Below, piece after piece: positions 52,467 through 64,000 of a stretch of DNA of 64,000 nucleotides. Each line of letters opens with the position of its first letter. The first letter of the stretch is position 1. The notes under the pieces were generated by a model that was given only the letters and a program-made list of their open reading frames with translations, did not search any database and was not told the DNA's origin. This DNA comes from the human T2T-CHM13v2.0 reference genome, Homo sapiens. The DNA is taken from assembly GCF_009914755.1 (NCBI RefSeq), contig NC_060928.1. One strand, 5' to 3'. The position numbers and the translations under genes are program-made.

Positions 52467-52874
52467 AAAATTAGAAGGGTTCCTGAAAAGTTTGCAATGG
52501 ATGTGGAAAGTACTTGAGCTTTTACTCCAGGAAATGCTATACAGATTAAAATTTTAATCCATTAGCAGTTAATGCTGAAAGCAGAAATGCTCTCTTAATC
52601 ATTTTTCCATTCATCTTTTGAAATGTTATTTACTCTTGACAAAAGTCTGAGTACCAAGATTCAGGAAACACATTCCCTACAGAACAGGTGTTTGTTTAAT
52701 CCCAAGGGATGATCTTATAGGCTGATTTAGTCAGAGACAGCCTGGTGGGAGACTCCGATATAGAACGTTCATGCTGTAATTTTAAGTACCATAATAAGTT
52801 TGTAGTAGTATAGGCTAGGCTTAAAACTGCACTCCTCCTGCCTCCCCGCCCCCTTCCAAAAAAAAGAAAAAGTG

Positions 52875-53124
52875 AAAGGAACTCTAAAGAGTGTCATATG
52901 CAGGCACATCTATATAAAAGCTGGGAAAGAAATTCATATCCCTGCCATTTTCCTTTGTGTAGTTACCCAGTTTAATTCAACTACCTCAAAAAAAAAAAAA
53001 AAGAAAAAATAAAAGGAACCCTAAAGAGTGTCATATGTAGGCACATCTATATAAAAGCTGGGAAAGAAATTCATAGCCCTGCCATTTTCCTTTGTGTAGT
53101 TACTCAATTTAATTCAACTACTTC
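52875..53124. repeat. 113-bp direct duplication (period 137) in the DCAF16 3' UTR
   Basis: 52875-52987 vs 53012-53124, 6 mismatches, separated by an A-rich tract. Confidence 0.93.
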
Positions 53125-53367
53125 CACAGAAATGTATGTTAGAGAAGAGTATGCTCAGAAAGGTATTATTGTGGGTAGCTAACTTCTTGCTTTCAACAAT
53201 GGCTGTTCTAAAGTCTGGATAACAAAAGGGGTGGTGGTCTACTTTTCTTCATTAATAATCAGGTATCTCATTAAAGCCATTCAGAAAGGCAGAGTAAATT
53301 GGGGTGGGGAGGGTGAGAAGTGAGTGTGAAGAATATTCAACTATCTTTTGTAATATGGTCCCCTTAA

Positions 53368-53672
<305 letters not shown>

Positions 53673-53838
53673 TTGATATTATCATTTTATCCACAGGGTT
53701 TGTCAAAGGGTATCCTCATTGGCTTGCCAGGGCATAAGAGAGTTTGACTGAGAAGGCATTAGTGGGCTGTGTAATGACTAACTTTGTACCACTTTCTCAA
53801 TTAGCAACATCAGAGATATCAGAGCAAATGGTAGATCT

Positions 53839-54489
53839 TTACAGTGATGCAGTTAGGAGTTTGTTAACTGCCTTTTGGAAGTCAGTGTAAGAATAAGTAG
53901 TGTTGATGGGTTCAGTACGAGTTGTTTCCTTAACTGTTTTAGTCAGCCAGCCACAGCAACACCCAGAAACACATGAATTAGGGATCTGTTTTAGGTATTC
54001 AGGTATGGGAGTGGCTCTACTCAATGTTCGGCTTAGCTGTTTGGTGGCAAATTGCAGTGCTCCATTTAGAGTGGCATGATCTCTAGAGAGCCGGCTGGGA
54101 CTTGTAAGAGGCTTTTGAAAAGGTGGGACTCCACAAGAGGCCAGAGGGGGCCATTCAGGAATTGGTTCCAGTTTGGGGACACAATGGGAACAATGGGAGA
54201 GTCTTAGACCTATCTCTCGAAGTATATGGACTGGTGTGCTTGGATCCAACAGTTTAGCATGATACAACCAGGAATTAGGATTTAAAGGTTTCCAAGTTGT
54301 GGAATATTTTAAAAGGCACTTAACCTGCCAGGCAAGACTCTCAAGAGGCGATAAGTTGGGCACCATAGAGTCCTCTTCTTCAGAGGAATCCCACTCTTCC
54401 CCAGAACTCTCATTTAGGTAACTAATATTTTCTTCTTCCTCACTTTCTGATTCTGACAAGTGGTCAGGAGAGGGATTTCTAGGACCCAT
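53839..54489 (-). CDS. DCAF16: DDB1- and CUL4-associated factor 16, complete intronless CDS, 216 aa
   Basis: Met20 of the 235-aa track ORF (ATG at 54489) gives MGPRNPSPDHLSESESEEEE...KAVNKLLTASL*, recognised as DCAF16; acidic N-terminus and CSHC/CCC cysteine clusters. Confidence 0.96.
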   Translation of the reverse strand: MGPRNPSPDHLSESESEEEENISYLNESSGEEWDSSEEEDSMVPNLSPLESLAWQVKCLLKYSTTWKPLNPNSWLYHAKLLDPSTPVHILREIGLRLSHCSHCVPKLEPIPEWPPLASCGVPPFQKPLTSPSRLSRDHATLNGALQFATKQLSRTLSRATPIPEYLKQIPNSCVSGCCCGWLTKTVKETTRTEPINTTYSYTDFQKAVNKLLTASL

Positions 54490-55454
54490 CAGAATAAAAC
54501 ACAGTAAGGAACCAGAAAAAGGTAATAATCTAAGCCAGCAGAACACTGACTAACACTGGCAAATAGAAATAAGAGATGAAAAATCCTTTCACCAAGATTA
54601 ATTTGTCTTTCAGTCCGTTACACACATAAAGTATGCTTGTGGCCCATACCACTGTGCCGTTCTTCAAGATTATGTTGTATATTCTTCACTTACAAAGAAG
54701 ACATCTCAGTTTCCAGGACCAGTTCAGTGTGTAAAAGTATTAGTCACTTACCACTGGCACAGGTCAGAGTATCTCCTTCAAATCCTGGCTACCCAAGAAT
54801 AGAAGGGGTCCTCATCTAGGCAAGCTGATTTACTTAGCATAGTCCCAACTGGTAGTGATACTGTGAAGAGACACTTTTTGTGCTGTTTTGCTGGCAGTGA
54901 TATTATATCTACTTGACAATCAAAAGAAGCTCAGTAGTTGTCTTGCTTGTCCGCTGGTATAGCAACTTTTGTGCAGGGGGGAATGACGGGATGAGCTGTC
55001 AAGAACATCTGGTGTATAAGGATCCGATGCTTTCCATAGGTGATGCAAATGCCCTTGGAAACTGGTGATTTAGCTGTTGGATTATCTGGAAAGGTAGCCT
55101 TAACCTGTGAATGAGAAGACTAGAGACATGATATTAAAGCCTGAAAGCACTGGATAACATTATTGCCTACCTAACTTCAAGATATCTAAAATCAGAACAA
55201 ATGCTGAGCAAGAAGTCTTACAGACTCTTCCCTCTCTATCTCACAGACTTAGGCCAATTTACCTGTTGGTAATAGCTCTTACAATCACAATATTGGGGAG
55301 CAAAGTCTGGGGCCATTTTAATTCTTTGTTGGTACATAACTGGGCCAGTTTGTATGCAGTTTTAGCCTAGAAAATTACTTTTGCAAAAGCTGATCCCTTA
55401 TGCCCCAAACTCCAAATAGAGAGCTATAAAAGTTTTTTTTTTTTTTTTTTTTAC

Positions 55455-55573
55455 CTTCAGAGGTGCTTGTTGGAATTAGTTTTAGGGGGCCTGTCCTGGT
55501 GGTAGAGCTGCTAGATGTTAGGACTCTTGCTGGGACCTCAGAAGTTGTGATCCTATCACCAATTCTATATAAG
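55455..55573 (-). other. DCAF16: Probable DCAF16 non-coding exon 2
   Basis: Polypyrimidine tract plus CAG acceptor (TTTTTTCTTTTTTGTGGAACAG) before 55573; donor AAG|GTAAAA at 55455/55454; alternative TAG acceptor 9 nt downstream. Confidence 0.6.
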
Positions 55574-55639
55574 CTGTTCCACAAAAAAGAAAAAAGCATG
55601 AAAACTGACCAGCTACTTTTATAAAGATAATAAAAATAA

Positions 55640-58150
<2,511 letters not shown>

Positions 58151-59095
58151 GGGGGGATTTCCAAAATCAAAGTCAGTGAACATTTTCATTATCGAATACA
58201 CTGAGTTGTGCTAATAAGGTCATATGGTATGGCTTCAGGTCAGCAATTTTCCTCTAATGAGTATTTCTCTGGCTTTCACACACTCCTAGCACAGTGTCTG
58301 GCATATATGAGTGGCTCAGTAAATAAAAGAGTCAGAGAATGGCAAAGGCCTGCAGTAAGTAACTACCACAAGCATGTTCTATTTTACTCCAGGGAGAGAA
58401 CAGTTCCAAGTTATATCTTGGTGATTTGGTAATGTTAGACAAAGACAAATGAGATAATTTTTTTAAGGCAGGATCAACATATATGATGCTACTACAGCAA
58501 TATAAAGGAAACTGCTTATAACTTTAAGAAGAAACAATGTAATACTTCTAAGTTTAGATTATAGTACTATTACCTTGTTCAATCTGAAAAAGAGTATTCA
58601 TTCTTTGTCGTGGACCGTAAGTCTTTATTAACTGAGACAGGAGAAGCTGTTGGCTTTTAATTGTGCTGTCCTCTAATATTTTTACTATTTTCACTTCAAC
58701 CAGATTGCACCTGTGAGATTACTAATTGGCTATACTTCAGTTATTATGTTACTCAGAAAATTTTTAAAAAGGCTCTTACTTTCCCATAATTGTTTTTGTT
58801 CTGTTTCACAGTACAAAAGTCAGGAAAAATGTAAGCTTTAAGGCAGTATACTATGTTGTTTAAATTTAATCTAGCACCTTTGAAAAAATATTTTCAGATT
58901 ATAATATCAAAAAATACTGAACCAATACCCCCATGGCTTTAACCATTAAAACAAAACAAAACAAAAAAAAAAACTAACCGAAATATAGTTAGGCTGACCT
59001 CTGGCGGCCAGATGTCTCATTCTTCTGTAACTGACAAAATGGTGTGATGTCTCTGTTGGTGAGACAGCCAAATAGAATATAGTAAAGAAATACTA

Positions 59096-59400
<305 letters not shown>

Positions 59401-59975
59401 TTAGAAACGTCACAAAGCAAAATTATGGGCAACACAAATGTTACCACATTCTTAACTAGCAGCTGAATATCTACAAAGTTTGAGGAATTAAGCAGGAGAA
59501 TGGATAAGGTATGGCATATTAATACAATGGAGTACTATAGCAACCTGTCTGTGCCGTAGTTTCCTCATCTTAAAAGAAGATCAAAGTTATCCTACAGGGT
59601 TTGTGAGCAGTAAACGAAGTAAAGTGCTTAGCATGGTGTCTGGCACATAATAAAGGTTAATTAAGTGCAAGTTACTATTATGAACATATCAATATGAACC
59701 ACAGCAATATTGATTGAAAAAAGCCAGATGCACATATAATTATTCATTTAACGGTTAAAACATGCAAAATAGTACAATATCCTCATTCAGGGATTTATTC
59801 ATGTCATTAATATATTAAAATATGTCATTAAGATATAGAAAGCTGCATGGTAAAAGTTAACAGTAAATTCAGAAAATCCATTACTTCTTCGGAGGGCAGG
59901 TAATTCAAAAGGAGAAAGATGTACAGGTGGCTTTAGTAATGTTCTATTTCTTCAGCTGGCAGTAGGTTACTGAGG

Positions 59976-60493
59976 TGTAGGAGAGGGAAAAACGGCTTCC
60001 CTCCATCCTCCTAGGTTCTTTGGCTGGGTTACAAATTAACCTGACATAGACATTAACAAGAAAAAAAACCCGTACTTAATTACATACGCAGAGGAGTCCC
60101 ACCATGGTCAGATGATTGAATATTATACAGCATCCTACGCTACTCAAGAAATGGGGGCTTGCGGCTTTCTGGGGGATGGTGGCCACAAAGTTGTGGAAAG
60201 GTGAGGGGAGGAAATATACGGTGAATAAAAGTTGTCTTGGTATGCAGATAAGATCTCCCAGGTAACAAAAATTATCGCAGAGCTGCCCTCTTTCTGATAC
60301 AGATCCTTTACTGATGTATATTTCCTCTGTAGATGTCAATTTCTTTTACAACAGGACAGATTTTCAGAGCGACTCCTGTGTCTGCATTTTATCAGAATAC
60401 CAGCTCAAAATATACTCTAGAAGTATATTGTAGGGTGGCATATTTTGGTCTCCTACAGTCCTATTTTTGGATGGTGCATCCTGAGATCCAACA
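59976..60493 (-). mobile_element. Solo ERV1 LTR, MER34/MER39-group
   Basis: TG...CA termini; TGTAGGAGACCAAAATATGCCACCC motif on the minus strand; near-perfect 4-bp TSD GAGG/GAAG. Confidence 0.7.
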
Positions 60494-60794
60494 GAAGTTC
60501 TGTCTGATATAATTTCATTTAAAATTTAAAAACCTAGTTCCTACTCTTCTTTATTTTAACCACTACCCGAAAGACCTTTCCATTCTCTTGAGTTCTCCCT
60601 TAATACACTGTCCTTATGCACACTTGTAAACAGGGCCTCCACAGCTGCACATCTAGAAACGGCAGCAGCTAAGTTAGCCCGCACCCCCCTTCGCAACGAT
60701 CCCCGGACTGCCTGCACGCCCTGTGGAACCTCGCAGTCGGCTTCACCAGGGCAGGGACTAAGGCCTTCAAAAGACAGCATCCGTCTCCACTAAC

Positions 60795-61100
60795 CTCGGG
60801 TCGCCCCGCTCAGCGGACCCAGCAGCGTCGTCTCCCTTCTCAGAGGTGGCCGGGCCTCCGGAACGCGCTACGAACTTTCCTTTGTCGCCGTCTCTCGAAG
60901 CGGAGCCCTCGTGTGGGGATCCCCCGCCCTTCGGCCACAAGGGAGGTTGTTATCCTCGGCAGATCTCCCGTTCTCACTCTTGGAGGATCGCTTTTTCTTT
61001 CTAGCCTCACGCTCAGCCGCACGACCCAGCCAGGCCTAACGCCAGCAGCCCTTCCCCTCCGGTGGCAAGGCCACTCCGCTCAGCTCCCGCGCCGACGCTA
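60795..61100 (-). other. DCAF16: Probable DCAF16 non-coding exon 1 (5' end approximate)
   Basis: Lies in the CpG island divergent from NCAPG; donor-like GAG|GTTAGT at 60795/60794; TSS not determinable from sequence. Confidence 0.6.
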
Positions 61101-61425
61101 CTTCCGGCCGAGTCAAGGCCCCTCCCCCTTAGAAACGCCACTTCCCTCCGTGAAAACGGCTGGACAAGGTTGAACCTAGACGCATGCGCCCAAAGCGCGG
61201 GGTGCGAGGTGGGTGGACCCATCGCTTCCCGCTCTCTTCTCCCAAAGCGCTTACGGCAGTCTCGCGGGATTTCCCCCTCTCGCGGGAATTATTTGAACGT
61301 TCGAGCGGTAAATACTCCCTGGGGCTGTCATAGAAGACTCCTCGGAGAGCGCTGCCTCTGGGTTGGCGGGCTGGCAGGCTGTAGCCGAGCGCGGGCAGGA
61401 CTCGTCCCGGCAGGGTTCCAGAGCC

Positions 61426-61536
61426 ATGGGAGCGGAAAGGAGGCTGCTGTCGATTAAGGAGGCCTTTCGGCTGGCGCAGCAGCCGCACCAGAACCAGGCG
61501 AAGCTGGTGGTGGCGCTGAGCCGCACCTACCGCACG
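61426..61536 (+). CDS. NCAPG: NCAPG (condensin I subunit G) coding exon 1
   Basis: Kozak GCCATGG; MGAERRLLSIKEAFRLAQQPHQNQAKLVVALSRTYRT; donor ACG|GTAAGC; 111 nt, phase 0. Confidence 0.96.
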
Positions 61537-62568
61537 GTAAGCGCTCCCGGCCCCGGCCGCCGCCTCTCGCCCGCCCCGGCCCACCCTCCCTCAGGGGCCC
61601 TCCGTGGCCCTCGGGCTCGGCGCACCGTGACTCCAGCCTTGTTCACCTTCGCGACTCACTTCATAGGGATCTGAGGTTCGGAGAAGTCAGGGACTTACCC
61701 GAGGTCGCCTGGGCCCAGGCCAGAAAGCCTCCGAAGCCTGGGCGTCGTTCACACGGGCCCCGCCTTGGCTTTTCTGAGCCGACACCCCCAGCTTCTGGGC
61801 GGCGTGGACCGTTATTCCTTAGTCCGATCGTGAACGTGGAGAGAAACATTTACGACCACCGAGGCGATCAGACATCAAATATTGAACCGCAGAGTGGATC
61901 CTGAATGCGGGGGTTCAGTGGTCGTTGCCCCTGGGGTCATCGCTCCCCGCCGAACATCAAATGATTCTACCCTTGTCCTACGGTTACGTTGAATCCAATC
62001 ACCAAATACCAAATTATTTTTAGGGCCTGGCCATTCTTATTTATGTACATACTATTTGTTTGTTTTGAGTGGAACCTTGAGAAGAATAGAACAATTAATT
62101 TGGGGAAGATGAATTATCTTGAGGTCCAAGAAAAATTGTGAGTAAACATCACAGGGCTTTGAGGATATGAGATAGGATGTGCAAGTTATCTCATAAAGAA
62201 ACTGCTGGTGATAGGAAGGCCTGAATATGAGAAATATAAAAGCCAGTATTGATTTTGGGTTGTTGAAGAAGCGTATTTGTAACGTACTGGTACTAAAGGC
62301 TTATTGAGAATCAAAGATATTGAAAAAAATATATCAAAGGAATCTTTTCACTGTCAAAAGTCAAGCTTGTGTACTCCCATTATAGCCTGGAGAGAAATTC
62401 ATGCAAATTGATTGCCCTTTGGCTGGTTTGGATAATTAAGAGTTTACTAAATAAATATTTTAATTTGTCTGCATTATTATGGCTAGTGCTTTCATCAGTC
62501 TTAGGGTGATGTTGGGAATAAAGGATTTTTATCGGTGCAGTTTATGAAGGGTTTCTTTTGTCTTTCAG

Positions 62569-62772
62569 ATGGATGATAAGACAGTTTTTCATGAGGAGTT
62601 CATTCATTACCTTAAATATGTTATGGTGGTCTATAAACGTGAACCAGCTGTGGAGAGGGTAATAGAATTTGCAGCAAAGTTTGTTACCTCATTTCACCAA
62701 TCAGATATGGAAGATGATGAGGAAGAGGAAGATGGTGGCCTTTTAAATTATTTGTTTACTTTTCTCTTAAAG
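62569..62772 (+). CDS. NCAPG: NCAPG coding exon 2
   Basis: Acceptor TTTCTTTTGTCTTTCAG|; MDDKTVFHEEF...LFTFLLK; donor AAG|GTACTA; 204 nt. Confidence 0.96.
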
Positions 62773-63264
62773 GTACTATGAAAATGATAGCTTTGGGGAG
62801 GGATTTTAGAAAATTTTGCCACTTTAAAAGAGTCGTGGGAGTTTGTATGTTTTTGACAATGAAATATCTAGTGATTGAAAAAACCTGAATGAGTCTACCT
62901 TTCATAGGAAATATTAGAATTATCATTATGATTAAAAAGTGGACTTTAACTCCAGCATTAAATTTTTAATGACCTCTTTAAACCAGTTCTCCTTTGTTTA
63001 TTTTAAATGAGTTCTGTATTTTAGAAGCCTCTACAAAGAGGACTATGTAACTTAGCAAAGACTTCTTTCAGACTGTTCATTTTGAGACTGTATAAAATAT
63101 ATATATTTGCTATACATATGGACCAAGGTAGCATTATAGGTTCTCTTCAGGAAATGAATTGTTGTTGTAACTTCTTGCATTCCGAATGTATAGAGTTCAG
63201 ATAATATTGATTATTTGGGAGTGGTATGTGACTATGAATAAATTTTGATTTGTTTCTGTTTTAG

Positions 63265-63493
63265 TCTCATGAAGCAAACAGCAATGCAGTGAGATTTAGA
63301 GTGTGCCTGCTCATAAACAAGCTTTTGGGAAGTATGCCAGAAAATGCTCAGATTGATGATGATGTGTTTGATAAAATTAATAAAGCCATGCTTATTAGAT
63401 TGAAAGATAAGATTCCAAATGTGAGAATACAGGCAGTTCTGGCGCTTTCACGACTTCAGGATCCCAAGGATGATGAATGCCCAGTGGTTAATG
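63265..63493 (+). CDS. NCAPG: NCAPG coding exon 3 (HEAT-repeat region); gene continues beyond the window
   Basis: Acceptor TGTTTCTGTTTTAG|; SHEANSNAVRFRVCLLINKLL...DKIPNVRIQAVLALSRLQDPKDDECPVVN; donor G|GTGTGT; in frame with exon 2. Confidence 0.95.
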
Positions 63494-64000
63494 GTGTGTG
63501 TAGTTTCCTAAATCTTTTTTCAGATTTGTTGATTTTGTTAAATTCTCAGTATTTGAAATTTTTTATTATGGTCTATACATTTGAAGAGTATAGGTAATTA
63601 ATATATGATTCCGATTAAACAAAAAAAACCTAAGTAGCAACCACCCAGCTTAAAAAAAAAAGTCAGTACTTGCATCCTATCCCAGTTGCATCCCTGTCCC
63701 TCAGAAGTAACTATTAAATCCTCAGTTTGGGGTTAATTAGTCTCTTGCTTAAATTAAAAAAAATTTTTTTGCATAAATCACATATGTCTATCTTAATGTT
63801 TTCCTGTCATTTTGTGTAAATCATGCTGTATGTATATATTTAGCAGCCAATTATATTTCTATATAATACCTGTTACTGTGTTTTGCCCATTTTTTCATTG
63901 GGTTTTTAATTTAAAATACTATTTTAAAAAATTCATTTGCATTCTTTATATATTTTGAAAAGAAATCCTTGGGTTATATGAATTGTAGATCTCTTCCTGT

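Larger units (their letters stand above)
60650..61990. promoter_or_regulatory. Bidirectional CpG-island promoter DCAF16/NCAPG
   Basis: CpG-rich; head-to-head genes. ETS/GABPA ACTTCCGG 61100-61107, NRF1-like ACGCATGCGC 61180-61189, two TCTCGCGGGA at 61260-61269 and 61278-61287, CHR TTTGAA at 61292-61297. Confidence 0.9.

Noticed and set aside
54490-54546. 19-aa N-terminal extension of DCAF16 in the ORF track
   Set aside because: Starts at a non-ATG codon; the recognised protein begins MGPRNP

Overview
Eukaryotic (human/primate) genomic DNA, not prokaryotic. From the encoded proteins I recognise the FAM184B-DCAF16-NCAPG locus (chr4p15, the NCAPG/LCORL body-size region). Layout: (i) 1-31.5 kb is FAM184B intron 1 (minus strand), dense in Alu/L1/MaLR/DNA-transposon fossils and carrying a 1.66-kb solo LTR12 (ERV9) in gene-sense orientation. 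(ii) FAM184B coding exon 1 and its CpG-island promoter lie at about 31.3-32.6 kb. (iii) A repeat-rich intergenic stretch follows. (iv) DCAF16 (minus) has a single-exon 216-aa CDS at 53839-54489, non-coding 5' exons and an Alu-rich 3' UTR. (v) A bidirectional CpG-island promoter is shared with NCAPG, whose coding exons 1-3 are on the plus strand. Most short ORFs in the supplied track are Alu/L1 read-through artefacts. The most interesting signal is an unverified hypothesis: non-repeat, degenerate coding-like frames around DCAF16 show weak, collinear similarity by eye to bornavirus M (5' UTR), L N-terminus (DCAF16 CDS plus sequence past its stop) and N (48.0-49.4 kb). The viral sequences were recalled from memory and no alignment statistics were computed. 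If true, DCAF16 would be a domesticated piece of an ancient endogenous non-retroviral RNA virus; this needs profile searches before it can be believed. Repeat boundaries are approximate unless a TSD is given, and subfamily names come from recalled consensus sequences.
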